Below are positions 32,191 to 42,200 of a stretch of DNA of 64,000 nucleotides, in pieces. The stretch's first letter is position 1; the number at the start of each line of letters is the position of its first letter. The stretch is taken from positions 64,021 to 128,020 of the forward strand of contig BJGH01000004.1 in NCBI GenBank assembly GCA_014190355.1. The letters run 5' to 3'. The notes beneath the pieces were generated by a model. It did not search any database and was not told the origin of the DNA. It worked only from the letters and a program-made list of their open reading frames with translations. Source of the DNA: Alphaproteobacteria bacterium. Its GTDB lineage: Bacteria; Pseudomonadota; Alphaproteobacteria; Rickettsiales; UBA1997. The position numbers and the translations under genes are program-made.

Positions 32191-32772
32191 GGATAATAAC
32201 TATTTCAAAATCTAGCTTTGAAAAATTTTAAGAAATAGCTTGATGATGATAAACCTGTCTAGATAATTACTAGATTATAATTGTGGATTGTTCTAACAAA
32301 AACAGCTTGAGAAAAATATTTTGAAGTAATGTGGTATAGTGAATAACTATTTCAAAATCTAGCTTTGAAAAATTTTAAGAAATAGCTTGATGATGATAAA
32401 CTTGTCTAGATAATTACTAGATTATAATTGTGGATTGTTCTAACAAAAACAGCTTGAGAAAAATATTTTGAAGTAATGTGGTATAGTGAATAACTATTTC
32501 AAAATCTAGCTTTGAAAAATTTTAAGAAATAGCTTGATGATGATAAACTTGTCTAGATAATTACTAGATTATAATTGTGGATTGTTCTAACAAAAACAGC
32601 TTGAGAAAAATATTTTGAAGTAATGTGGTATAGTGAATAACTATTTCAAAATCTAGCTTTGAAAAATTTTAAGAAATAGCTTGATGATGATAAACTTGTC
32701 TAGATAATTACTAGATTATAATTGTGGATTGTTCTAACAAAAACAGCTTGAGAAAAATATTTTGAAGTAATG
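32191..32772. repeat. Tandem minisatellite, 147-bp unit x ~4 copies, directly abutting the 3' end of tRNA-Leu
   Basis: The unit anchor 'aataactatttc' recurs at 32194, 32342, 32489 and 32636. Copies 2-4 are identical by eye. Copy 1 has one extra A in an A-run and one C/T difference. The last copy runs into the tRNA at 32773. Confidence 0.95.
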
Positions 32773-32857
32773 TGGTGCGGACGGAGGGACTTGAACCCAC
32801 ATGCCTTGCGGCGCTAGATCCTAAGTCTAGTGCGTCTGCCAATTTCGCCACGTCCGC
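32773..32857 (-). tRNA. tRNA-Leu (anticodon UAG), CCA encoded
   Basis: GCGGACGTGGCGAAATTGGCAGACGCACTAGACTTAGGATCTAGCGCCGCAAGGCATGTGGGTTCAAGTCCCTCCGTCCGCACCA. It has a 7-bp acceptor stem, anticodon loop CTTAGGA, a long variable arm (GCC-GCAA-GGC), a TTCAAGT T-loop and one U-U mismatch in the T-stem. Confidence 0.88.
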
Positions 32858-32864
32858 AAATTTA

Positions 32865-33122
32865 TTATGCAGGAATAATGTTAATGAAAATGCGATTTTT
32901 TCGTGAAGATTGAGCAAATTCAACAATACCAGCAATTTTTGCAAAAATTGTGTGATCTTTACCCATTCCAACATTTTTTCCAGGATGCCATTTTGTTCCT
33001 CTTTGACGAACAATTATTTCTCCAGACTCAACAAATTGACTGCCATATCTTTTAACACCAAGCCTTCTTCCAGCCGAGTCTCGACCGTTACGCGAACTAC
33101 CACCTGCTTTTTTCGTTGCCAT
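32865..33122 (-). CDS. rpmA: 50S ribosomal protein L27
   Basis: [27 protein letters not shown]... is the canonical L27 N-terminus. Confidence 0.93.
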   Translation of the reverse strand: MATKKAGGSSRNGRDSAGRRLGVKRYGSQFVESGEIIVRQRGTKWHPGKNVGMGKDHTIFAKIAGIVEFAQSSRKNRIFINIIPA

Positions 33123-33275
33123 AAATTCTCCTAAAGATTAATTTAAGTTTGTTATTTAAGTTTATTTATCCACAAAGGGATCTTTTAAGTGCTTTCTTAA
33201 GCACAATAAAGAACCTTTGCTTATGTTTTTTATTGCTAAAATTAGTTATTGTAAGCAATTTTTCTTTCTAAGATA

Positions 33276-33587
33276 CTAGCCTTTGATAGCAGTAATTTTA
33301 AGAAGAGTTTGATGCTGACGGTGACCTCGCTTTCTTCGCGAATTCTGTCTTCTTCTTTTTTTAAAGATAATAATTTTATCATCTTTAAAATTTTTAAGAA
33401 CTTCAGCCTCGACTTTTGCCCCTGATAACACAGGATTACCAAAAGATGTATCTTGACCGTTATTTACTAATAAAACCTTATCAAGAGTTATTTTACTCCC
33501 AACATCAGCCGATAGCTTATCAACGATAATTTTTTGGTCAGTGCTAACGCGATATTGCTTACCACCAGTTTCAACAATTGCAAACAT
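33276..33587 (-). CDS. rplU: 50S ribosomal protein L21
   Basis: MFAIVETGGKQYRV..., ...KKRRRQNSRRKRGHRQ; 103 aa, upstream of rpmA. Confidence 0.93.
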   Translation of the reverse strand: MFAIVETGGKQYRVSTDQKIIVDKLSADVGSKITLDKVLLVNNGQDTSFGNPVLSGAKVEAEVLKNFKDDKIIIFKKRRRQNSRRKRGHRQHQTLLKITAIKG

Positions 33588-33937
33588 AACTTGTTTTGTA
33601 AATTCAGATTATTAATCTAAAAAAATATTTAGATATTTACCTAAATAAATATTTAATTTAGTTTTGATTTTAAAGACAAACTCTGGTCAATCTATAAATA
33701 TCAGATCAATTAAAAATCAGTATCTCAACTTAATTAATCATAAATTTCCTTTAATTTTTTTTGTTAAAGAAATTAACAGCTTCAAAGGGATAATCTAGCT
33801 AAATTAAGGATTAGATTTTTTAGGATTTTATATTTTAGAGTTTAAATTTAGAGTTTTCAACAACTTTTTTTCTTCACCCCATAACTTCACGATTTTAGTA
33901 GTGTGAGAATATTATGTCAATCTAAAATTTTTTTACG

Positions 33938-35317
33938 ATGTTTTCTGATTATTTTTTAGCAAAAAAAAAGCTCTACCCTCAACTTGCTAAAGGCAAATTT
34001 CGTAGGTTAAAAAACTACTTAAATATAATATTTTTGAGCATTTACTCTTTTAGCTCTTTGCTTCGCTATGATCGGGGTGATAGCGCTCCAAATCAGGCGA
34101 TTATGATTGATATTCCTAATAGCAAAGCCTATTTCTTTTTTATTGAAATTTGGCCTTCAGAAGTTTATTACCTAGCAGCAATTTTAATAATAATGGCTGT
34201 AACTTTATTTTTTATTACCTCTTTATTTGGAAGAATTTGGTGTGGATATGCTTGCTTTCAGACAGTATGGACAGACCTTTTTATTGCTGTAGAGCGTTTT
34301 TTTCAGGGTGATCGTAATCAAAGAATTTTACTTGATCGAAAAAATAACTTTAAAAAATATTTCCTAAAAACTCTAACTCATCTAACATGGATTATCATCG
34401 CTTTATTCACTGGCTTAATATTTTGTAGTTATTTCAGTGATTCATGGCTTTTATGGCAAAATATTTTTTTACTTAACATTTCACCAACAATTATTGGCTG
34501 GACAGCTGGCATAGGTTTCATGACCTATCTAATGGCTGGCTTTGCAAGGGAGCATGTCTGTATATATATGTGTCCTTATGCTCGCTTCCAATCATCAATG
34601 TTTGATAATAATACCTTGATAATTTCTTATGATCAAAAACGCGGTGAACCAAGGGCAAAATACCATCAAAATGATGATTTTGCCAACCGCGGACATTGCA
34701 TAGATTGCAAACAATGCGTGGTTGTTTGCCCAACCGGAATAGATATTCGTAATGGTTTACAAATGGAATGCATAGCTTGCGGATTATGTGTTGATGCATG
34801 TGACGAGATAATGACAAAAGTTGGATTGCCCAAGGGTTTAATTCGCTATGATACCTTAAATCATTTACACGATCCCTTAAAGTTCAAAAAATTTACAATT
34901 TGGCAATTTAGAACTTTTTATTATTTAACAATTCTGGCTATAGTTTGCTCTTTAACTCTTTTTAGTTTAAATACTAAGTCAACCGTTGATCTTAGTGTAT
35001 CTCAAGAAAGAAATCCCCTTTTTGTTAAGTTGAGCGATGGATCAATTCGCAATGCTTACTATTTAAAAATTATCAACAAAACTCATCATTTAAAATCTTT
35101 TAAAATTAGAATTAACAACAGCTCTCAGGCCATTTTAAAAATTGCCAATTACAGTGACGCTATCGTTGATGTTGAAGCTGAATCATCCTTCGTGTTTAAA
35201 TTTTTTATAACTTTACCTTACGAATTTGATGAAAATTTACAACAAAAAGTTATTGAGCTGGAGATTGATGATGACCAAGAAAAACGATATGTTTCTGTGG
35301 TTTTTATTAACAACTAA
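33938..35317 (+). CDS. ccoG: Cytochrome c oxidase accessory protein CcoG/FixG (membrane polyferredoxin)
   Basis: N-terminal 'GKFRRLKN', several TM helices, Cys clusters CGYACFQ, CIYMCPYARFQ, CIDCKQCVVVCPTGIDIR and CIACGLCVDACD, and a C-terminal Ig-like tail. Confidence 0.8.
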   Translation: MFSDYFLAKKKLYPQLAKGKFRRLKNYLNIIFLSIYSFSSLLRYDRGDSAPNQAIMIDIPNSKAYFFFIEIWPSEVYYLAAILIIMAVTLFFITSLFGRIWCGYACFQTVWTDLFIAVERFFQGDRNQRILLDRKNNFKKYFLKTLTHLTWIIIALFTGLIFCSYFSDSWLLWQNIFLLNISPTIIGWTAGIGFMTYLMAGFAREHVCIYMCPYARFQSSMFDNNTLIISYDQKRGEPRAKYHQNDDFANRGHCIDCKQCVVVCPTGIDIRNGLQMECIACGLCVDACDEIMTKVGLPKGLIRYDTLNHLHDPLKFKKFTIWQFRTFYYLTILAIVCSLTLFSLNTKSTVDLSVSQERNPLFVKLSDGSIRNAYYLKIINKTHHLKSFKIRINNSSQAILKIANYSDAIVDVEAESSFVFKFFITLPYEFDENLQQKVIELEIDDDQEKRYVSVVFINN

Positions 35318-35337
35318 AACTAAAATTTTAATTAGAA

Positions 35338-35748
35338 TTATTTTTTAATCCATTTACCATTAACTTTTTGGTAATGATTGTCAGGCTTAATTTTATCAGT
35401 CTTGGGATGATTTTCATAGAAGTGAAATACTCTTGGAAAATTCTTTATAAAATTAACATCAATGTCATCTAAAAAAACTAAATAGTCTGCGTTATTATCG
35501 TTAGCAAGTTTATAGGTAAGAAGAACTGGTTGACGAGACATTACAAAATCATGATCATTAATTGTGATATGAGGAATAAATCTTGCTCGAGCAAAACTCC
35601 ACAATAACTTATCAATCTCTATCATCTTTTGTTCGTTTTCACAAAAAACTAAGGCTTTTTTACCTTCGTCAATAATTTTGCTTAACAATGGTCCAAGTGC
35701 TTTAGCAATTGATTCATCAACCTCGTAAAAATTAATTTCATTTTTCAT
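35338..35748 (-). CDS. holC: DNA polymerase III chi subunit
   Basis: 'NFYEV...', 'KKALVFCENEQKMIEIDKLLWSF....FIPH' matches the HolC pattern; 136 aa. It has a 4-nt ATGA overlap with rppH. Confidence 0.7.
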   Translation of the reverse strand: MKNEINFYEVDESIAKALGPLLSKIIDEGKKALVFCENEQKMIEIDKLLWSFARARFIPHITINDHDFVMSRQPVLLTYKLANDNNADYLVFLDDIDVNFIKNFPRVFHFYENHPKTDKIKPDNHYQKVNGKWIKK

Positions 35749-36239
35749 AAATATTGAGCAAATTCTTTTAAAATATCGCGATAGAGTTCTTTTTTAAAAT
35801 TGACTATCAAATCAATTAAAATATTTTTTTCAATCCATTGCCATTCGCTAAACTCAGGATTTTCGCTGTTAATATTGATTAAAGAATCATCAGCACAAAA
35901 TTCTAATAAATACCAACGCTGTTTTTGTCCAAGATATTTTCCACCCCAAAATTTTTTCTGCAATTTATAAGGAAGATTGTAATAAAAATACTTGGAACTT
36001 TTATTAATTATTTTTAAACTATGACTTGGCATGCCAGTTTCTTCGAATAATTCCCGATAAACTGCATCATCCTCATCTTCGCCACTGTCAATCCCACCCT
36101 GAGGCATTTGCCATGCGTTAGAATTATTATCAATTCTTTTACCAACAAAAATTTTTTTTTGGCCATTGATAACCATTGCCCCAACGCCATTTCGGTATAG
36201 ATAATCAGGTTTTTCGATATTATTTTGGTTAGCAGTCAT
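35745..36239 (-). CDS. rppH: RNA pyrophosphohydrolase (Nudix)
   Basis: YRNGVGAMVIN... and the Nudix box GGIDSGEDEDDAVYRELFEETG, plus the RppH-like C-terminal 'EFSEWQW'. Confidence 0.85.
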   Translation of the reverse strand: MTANQNNIEKPDYLYRNGVGAMVINGQKKIFVGKRIDNNSNAWQMPQGGIDSGEDEDDAVYRELFEETGMPSHSLKIINKSSKYFYYNLPYKLQKKFWGGKYLGQKQRWYLLEFCADDSLININSENPEFSEWQWIEKNILIDLIVNFKKELYRDILKEFAQYL

Positions 36240-36304
36240 TGACTTAAATAAAATTATTATAAAAATGTAATTATTTTAAATACTAACTTAACAAAAAGCA
36301 AACA

Positions 36305-37711
36305 ATGAAATTTATTTCAACTAGATCTTTAGCTCCAGCCATTAATTTTGAAGAAGTTGTTCTTCAAGGTCTGGCGAGTGATGGAGGACTTTATGTTCCT
36401 GAATTTTTAGTTCAATTTGATGAAAAAAAACTTCAAGAATTAAAAAAATTATCATATCAAGATCTTTTTTTTGAAGTTACTAAGCACTTTATTGACAATG
36501 AAATTAGCAGTGCTGATTACAAAAAAATTATTAATAAATCTTATCTTAACTTTGCTCATAAGGCAATTGCTCCACTTAAACAACTTGATAGTAATCATTT
36601 TTTACTTGAACTATTCCATGGTCCAACTTTGGCTTTCAAAGACTTTGCCTTGCAATTTCTTGGTAATTTACTTGACTATTTTTTACAACAACGCAATCAA
36701 AAAGCAGTAGTAGTTGGAGCTACTTCTGGCGATACTGGATCAGCTGCAATTCAAGGATGTTTAAATTGTCATAATTTACAAATCTTTATTCTTCATCCTT
36801 ACCAAAAAGTTTCTGAGGTGCAGCGTCGACAAATGACCTCAGTAATTGCCGACAATGTCTTTAATCTTGCTGTTGAAGGTAATTTTGATGATTGCCAAGC
36901 CATAGTTAAAAAAATGTTTAGCGATGAAAGTTTTTTAAAAGGTAAAAAAATGGTAGCGGTTAATTCAATTAATTTTGCTAGAATAATGGCACAAATTGTT
37001 TATTATTTTTACAGCGCTTTACGAGTTGGTTGCAGTTCCAAAAATCCAATTTCTTTTTCAGTTCCCAGTGGCAATTTTGGCGATATCTATGCTGGATACC
37101 TTGCCAAAAGAATGGGCTTGAATATTAATAAATTAATAATTGCCACTAACTCCAATGATATCTTGGTTCGCTTCATTGATAACAATGATTACAGTAAAAA
37201 AAATATGGTTGAAACGATATCTCCAAGCATGAATATTCAGGTTGCAAGTAATTTTGAAAGATTGCTATTTGACAACTATCGAAATTTCAAAAAAGATTTA
37301 AAGGTTGGTGAATTGATGCATGAATTTGAAAGAACCCATCTTCTTAAAGTTAGTGATGAGGTTCACAAAAAAATTCAACAAGATTTTAGTGCATACTGTA
37401 TTGACGATGATTTGACAGCTCAAACTTTAAAGAAATATTTTAATAAAACTTCTGAGATTCTTGACCCACATACTGCAATTGGGGTATGTGCTACTGAAAA
37501 ATTTATGGCAAGCGAAAACTATCTAGGCGAAATCGTTATAACTCTTGCTACAGCTCATCCTGCAAAATTTAGTGATGCAGTTGAAAAATCAATCGCTCAA
37601 AAACCTCAATTACCAAATTTTCTTAATGATTTAATGAACAAAAAAGAACAATTTGAAGTAATAATCAATAATCTTGAAACTGTTAAAAATTATATAACTC
37701 AAAGGGTTTAA
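36305..37711 (+). CDS. thrC: Threonine synthase
   Basis: MKFISTRS..., GLASDGGLYVP, PLP-lysine context HGPTLAFKDFALQF, and GATSGDTGSAA. Confidence 0.88.
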   Translation: MKFISTRSLAPAINFEEVVLQGLASDGGLYVPEFLVQFDEKKLQELKKLSYQDLFFEVTKHFIDNEISSADYKKIINKSYLNFAHKAIAPLKQLDSNHFLLELFHGPTLAFKDFALQFLGNLLDYFLQQRNQKAVVVGATSGDTGSAAIQGCLNCHNLQIFILHPYQKVSEVQRRQMTSVIADNVFNLAVEGNFDDCQAIVKKMFSDESFLKGKKMVAVNSINFARIMAQIVYYFYSALRVGCSSKNPISFSVPSGNFGDIYAGYLAKRMGLNINKLIIATNSNDILVRFIDNNDYSKKNMVETISPSMNIQVASNFERLLFDNYRNFKKDLKVGELMHEFERTHLLKVSDEVHKKIQQDFSAYCIDDDLTAQTLKKYFNKTSEILDPHTAIGVCATEKFMASENYLGEIVITLATAHPAKFSDAVEKSIAQKPQLPNFLNDLMNKKEQFEVIINNLETVKNYITQRV

Positions 37712-37712
37712 A

Positions 37713-39626
37713 ATGATTGCAAATATTGGCTATGCCCTACTCTTCTTACAAATTACTTTAACAGTTTTATTGCCAATTTTTAGTAAATATTATCAACCAA
37801 AAATAACTCCGCAAAATCTTCGTAAACTTTCATTAGTATTCACCAGCTCAATTCTTATCAGCGCCTTTGTTAATCAAATTGCTCTGGCAATAGCCTATAT
37901 AATTTGCGACTATTCAATTCTTAATGTTTATCAAAATACTCATCATCTTAAACCCTTAATTTATCGAATTGCTGGATCATGGGGAAATCATGAAGGTTCG
38001 ATGCTTTTACTGATAACTACGCTGAGTTTTTATCTTTTTATCTTTGATTATTTTAGCAAAGTAGAATCAAAAATTAAAATTACCGCAATCAACTGTCAGT
38101 GCTTGATAATTGGTTTGTTTGTGGCATATACTACCTTTGCCTCGAATCCTTTTTTACCAAGCTATTCTCAAGTTTTTGCTTTGAATCGCAATATTGAGGG
38201 TCTTGGCTTAAATCCAATTTTGCAAGATATTGGTTTGGCATTACATCCACCAATGCTTTACACTGGCTATCTTGGCTTTAGCATGGTTTTTTGCCTAATG
38301 ATTGGCATGTTGATCAATAAAGATTTTAATCAAAAAATCTTAAAAAGTCTAAGTCACTGGCTTTACTTTGCATACGGATTTCTTACCCTTGGGATCATGC
38401 TTGGAGCATGGTGGGCATATCGAGAGTTGGGATGGGGAGGATATTGGTTTTTTGATCCAGTTGAAAATATTTCTTTAATGCCTTGGCTTTGTGCTACAGC
38501 ATTAATTCATAGCATAAAATTTGCCAAGGATAGTGATTCAATGCAATTTTGGAGTGCATTCTTATCGATTATATGTTTTGTGTTATGTCTGTTTGGAATA
38601 TTTTTAACTAGATCTGGAGTTTTAACTTCTGTTCACTCCTTCGCTGTTGATATGGATCGAAGCTATTTTATTGTAGCAATAATTTTTATTATATCTTGTT
38701 ATGGATTGTTAGTTCTTGGTTATAGCTCTGATTTATTATCTAAAAAAAATAAAAATATTATTGTTAAACATAAAATAAAACTTTTTTTAGTTATTGTTAA
38801 CAATTATTTTTTACTAGGTAGTTTATTTGTGGTCTTACTTGGAACCTTATATCCAATTTTTCTCAGGGCTTTCAATAATCAATTTATCACGGTTGGAGCG
38901 CAATATTATCAACAAATTTTTAGCTATTTACTGATTCCGTTTTTAATTTTTTTTAGTTTAAGTGGTTATCATCAGCAAAGTTTAGATTTTAAAAAATTTT
39001 TTAAAACTATTTTGTCTTATCGTTTTGCGATGTGCTTTCTTCTAAGCTGTGTTTTAATTAGCATAGCGATTTATAAAAATTTTGATTTAAATTTTTTACA
39101 GTTAACAATTTTATTTTTAAGTTTTTTTACTTTCTTCATTACCCTATCAACTCGCCAAAAAACAAGAGTTTATTTTGCTCATTTGGGTTTTGTGATATTG
39201 CTCTTAGGGATAATCTTTAGTAGCTATTTTGCCTTGGTTAAAGAACAAAATTTAAAAATTAATCAAGAAATTGAGCTTGGTAAATATAAATTTATTTTTA
39301 AAGAAGTAAGTTTTTATCAGGGTAAAAATTTTATCGCTCGTCAAGGACAATTCTTAATCCAAAAGGATCAAGAAATTATCGCTCAAGTTAATCCGCAATT
39401 ACGTTTTTACCCAGTCAATCAACAAACCACCAATGAAGCTTCAATCGCTCATCTTTTGGTCGGAGATTTATATGCAGTTATTGGCAATAAGGATGATTTA
39501 GAAAATTATGCAATAAGGATTTATTTTAAACCCTTTGTTTATTTAATATGGCTGGGAGCAATTATTATTTTTTTAGCGGTGATTTCATTGCCATTACAGT
39601 CTTTGCTAAAATTTAAATTGCATTAA
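37713..39626 (+). CDS. ccmF: Cytochrome c-type biogenesis heme lyase subunit CcmF
   Basis: 637-aa polytopic membrane protein with 'GSWGNHEGSMLL' and the WWD-type motif 'WWAYRELGWGGYWFFDPVEN'. Confidence 0.88.
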   Translation: MIANIGYALLFLQITLTVLLPIFSKYYQPKITPQNLRKLSLVFTSSILISAFVNQIALAIAYIICDYSILNVYQNTHHLKPLIYRIAGSWGNHEGSMLLLITTLSFYLFIFDYFSKVESKIKITAINCQCLIIGLFVAYTTFASNPFLPSYSQVFALNRNIEGLGLNPILQDIGLALHPPMLYTGYLGFSMVFCLMIGMLINKDFNQKILKSLSHWLYFAYGFLTLGIMLGAWWAYRELGWGGYWFFDPVENISLMPWLCATALIHSIKFAKDSDSMQFWSAFLSIICFVLCLFGIFLTRSGVLTSVHSFAVDMDRSYFIVAIIFIISCYGLLVLGYSSDLLSKKNKNIIVKHKIKLFLVIVNNYFLLGSLFVVLLGTLYPIFLRAFNNQFITVGAQYYQQIFSYLLIPFLIFFSLSGYHQQSLDFKKFFKTILSYRFAMCFLLSCVLISIAIYKNFDLNFLQLTILFLSFFTFFITLSTRQKTRVYFAHLGFVILLLGIIFSSYFALVKEQNLKINQEIELGKYKFIFKEVSFYQGKNFIARQGQFLIQKDQEIIAQVNPQLRFYPVNQQTTNEASIAHLLVGDLYAVIGNKDDLENYAIRIYFKPFVYLIWLGAIIIFLAVISLPLQSLLKFKLH

Positions 39627-39682
39627 ATTTTGTTAATTTTTAGAATTTAAAATTATTTAAAAAACATAACATCTTATTTTTT

Positions 39683-39964
39683 ATGATCTTTATAATTCAT
39701 CATCAAAGTAAATCAGCTATGCAATCTGGTAAAAAAAATACCAAGAATTGGTTAATGACTCCAAAAGAACAATTTAATCATCGCTCAATTAGCTCTGATA
39801 TGGGTTGGATCTCTTCAAATAATACTTCTTCACAATTGAAATTTACTTTTAAAACTAAAGAAGATGCAATCGCTTACGCCAATAAAATGAATTATCAATT
39901 TGAAATTATTGATTCACATTCAAGTTCAATCAAGCCCAAATCTTACGCCAATAATTTTCTATAG
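39683..39964 (+). CDS. NDUFS4-like 'ETC complex I subunit conserved region' protein
   Basis: 'SAMQSGKKNTKNWLM...MGWISSNNTSSQLKFTFKTKEDAIAYANK' matches the small alphaproteobacterial NDUFS4-homolog pattern. Confidence 0.65.
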   Translation: MIFIIHHQSKSAMQSGKKNTKNWLMTPKEQFNHRSISSDMGWISSNNTSSQLKFTFKTKEDAIAYANKMNYQFEIIDSHSSSIKPKSYANNFL

Positions 39965-40034
39965 AAAACAATAAATTTTGCATTTTAAAATTAATTGTTT
40001 AAATTATTTTTTAATTAATTTAATTTTTAATAAA

Positions 40035-41291
40035 ATGCATAAAATTGTTGAGTTTGTAGCTGAAAAAATAAATCAAAATCACCATCTAATTAGCGATTTT
40101 CTTGCCAAAAAATCAGCAAATCTTGAAAATACCCTTTACAATTCCTTAGATATTCGTTACAGCGGTTTTAAAATTGCTGTAGTTGATACCAACTGCTTTC
40201 CCGCAGGTTTTAATAATCTTAACGCCAACGATACAAATCAAGCTCTAAAGCAAATTTTTAGTTTTTTTCAAAATAAATTTCCAAATACTATCCCCAACCA
40301 GATAATTATTATCCCTGAAAACCATACTCGTAATTTAAAATATCTGGAAAATATTTTAGTTTTAAAAAATTTATTAGAAAATTTTGCTGAAGTTAAAATC
40401 GGTTCAATTAACCCAGAACTTAAAGAAATTACTTCTTTAAAAATAAACGACAAATTATCTATTGAACTACTTCCACTGCAATTAGTTAACAATAAAATCA
40501 CAACTATTGATGGTTTTCAAGCTCAAGTAGTTATTCTTAACAATGATTTAAGCGATTCACTTCCTAGCATTTTAAAAAATACCATAACTCCAATCTTTCC
40601 AGATCCAAAACTTGGCTGGTATCAACGACGCAAATCAAAACATTTTGCAATTTACAATCAAATTATTAGCGAACTTTGTCAATTAATTGATCTTGATCCA
40701 TGGCTTATTTCAACCTACTTCTCCAAATGTGAAAATCTTGATTTCAAAAAACAGCAAAATATTGAATTATTAGCTGATGAAGTTGAAAAAATAATTAGCC
40801 AAACTCAAAAAAAATATCAACAATATCAAATTGATGACGAACCTTATGTTTTCATCAAAGCCGATAATGGAACCTACGGTATGGCTGTTTGGTCAGTAAA
40901 ATCAGCAAGTGAAGTATTATCAATTAACAAAAAAGAACGCAATAAAATGAATATCACCAAAGGTTCAAATATCAATCACCAAGTTATTATCCAAGAAGGT
41001 ATCAAAACCATTGATAAAATTTTTGATAAATCTTGTGAACCGTTAATTTACATGATCAACTCAAAAGTAATTGCCAATATCCTAAGAGCTAATGGCAATC
41101 GTGATAATATTGAAAATCTAAACAGCCTTGGTGCAGAATTTTTTAATTTAAATGATCAAAAAAATTTAGAAAATTTTATTGCCAGCAATTCTATTGCAAA
41201 CTCAAAAAACTTTTTTATTACCTATGAGCTTCTGGCAAGAATCGCTAGCATTGCTTCTGCTCTAGAAAATTTTCATAACAATAATAATTAA
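40035..41291 (+). CDS. Putative glutamate--cysteine ligase of the rare 'T. ferrooxidans-type' GshA family (tentative)
   Basis: 'LYNSLDIRYSGFKIAVVDTNCFPAGFNNL' and '...PYVFIKADNGTYGMAV' resemble my recollection of that family. I placed the start at the ATG at 40035; the listed TTG at 39978 is unlikely. Confidence 0.45.
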   Translation: MHKIVEFVAEKINQNHHLISDFLAKKSANLENTLYNSLDIRYSGFKIAVVDTNCFPAGFNNLNANDTNQALKQIFSFFQNKFPNTIPNQIIIIPENHTRNLKYLENILVLKNLLENFAEVKIGSINPELKEITSLKINDKLSIELLPLQLVNNKITTIDGFQAQVVILNNDLSDSLPSILKNTITPIFPDPKLGWYQRRKSKHFAIYNQIISELCQLIDLDPWLISTYFSKCENLDFKKQQNIELLADEVEKIISQTQKKYQQYQIDDEPYVFIKADNGTYGMAVWSVKSASEVLSINKKERNKMNITKGSNINHQVIIQEGIKTIDKIFDKSCEPLIYMINSKVIANILRANGNRDNIENLNSLGAEFFNLNDQKNLENFIASNSIANSKNFFITYELLARIASIASALENFHNNNN

Positions 41292-41402
41292 ATTATCAAA
41301 ATTTAACTTGCAGTTTATAAAAATAATGCAAAATTTATAGTGGATAAAGAAATAATAAATTCTAGATTAATTGTTTAACAACAATAATTTTTACATAAAA
41401 CT

Positions 41403-42197
41403 ATGATCCCAAATCAACATAATCAAAACAACAAATCTCCTGTTATTGGAATTCTGCCAGACTATAAAGAAAATGAGCAAAACAGCTATTCAACAAAAAG
41501 TTTTTATGCAATACGAACCTCGTTTATTGAAGCAATTGTTAATGCTGGAGGTTTACCATTAATTCTTCCTTACTATTACCAAAAAATTGATCAATATCTT
41601 GAAATGATCGATGGCTTAATGATTATTGGTGGATATTTTGATATTCATCCAAATCGCTATAGCAATGAATCACTTCATCCTAAAACCAAATTAAATATGG
41701 TTCGCTCAGATTATGAATTTGCTTTTGCTAGCAAAGCTTTAAACCATAACAATATCCCAATTCTGGGAATTTGTAATGGCATGCAACTTCTTAGCGTTAT
41801 GCATGACGGTAAGCTAATTCAACATATTCCTGATGAAAAAAATTCTAAAAACATTAATTTCATCAATCACGAACAATCACACACCCAAGGTTTTGAGGAC
41901 TATTCGACACCCTATCACGATGTTGAAATTGTTGAAAATTCACAACTCTTTTCAATTATTGGCAAAAAAACTATCAAGACCAACTCTTCTCATCATCAAG
42001 GAGTTAGAAGCGTAGGCAATCAACTAAAAGTTGTAGCATACGCCGCTGACGGAATGATTGAAGCAGTTGAAAAACCTGATCATCCTTTTTGTATAGGAGT
42101 TCAATGGCATCCAGAACTATTTCCGGCCGAAACCGATCACAAAATTTTTTCGGCCTTTATCGCTCATAGCCAGAAATATTCATCTAATAAAAAATAA
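41403..42197 (+). CDS. Class-I glutamine amidotransferase-like gamma-glutamyl hydrolase (peptidase C26, PuuD-like)
   Basis: Nucleophile elbow 'ILGICNGMQLL', 'NSSHHQGV' and 'GVQWHPE' motifs. Confidence 0.8.
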   Translation: MIPNQHNQNNKSPVIGILPDYKENEQNSYSTKSFYAIRTSFIEAIVNAGGLPLILPYYYQKIDQYLEMIDGLMIIGGYFDIHPNRYSNESLHPKTKLNMVRSDYEFAFASKALNHNNIPILGICNGMQLLSVMHDGKLIQHIPDEKNSKNINFINHEQSHTQGFEDYSTPYHDVEIVENSQLFSIIGKKTIKTNSSHHQGVRSVGNQLKVVAYAADGMIEAVEKPDHPFCIGVQWHPELFPAETDHKIFSAFIAHSQKYSSNKK

Positions 42198-42200
42198 TTT

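Noticed and set aside
32191-32772. Whether the 147-bp tandem array is a CRISPR array or encodes a repeat protein
   Set aside because: The units are contiguous and identical, with no spacers. No long ORF runs through the array in any frame. The 100-aa ORF at 32711..33013 overlaps the tRNA and rpmA and is an artefact.
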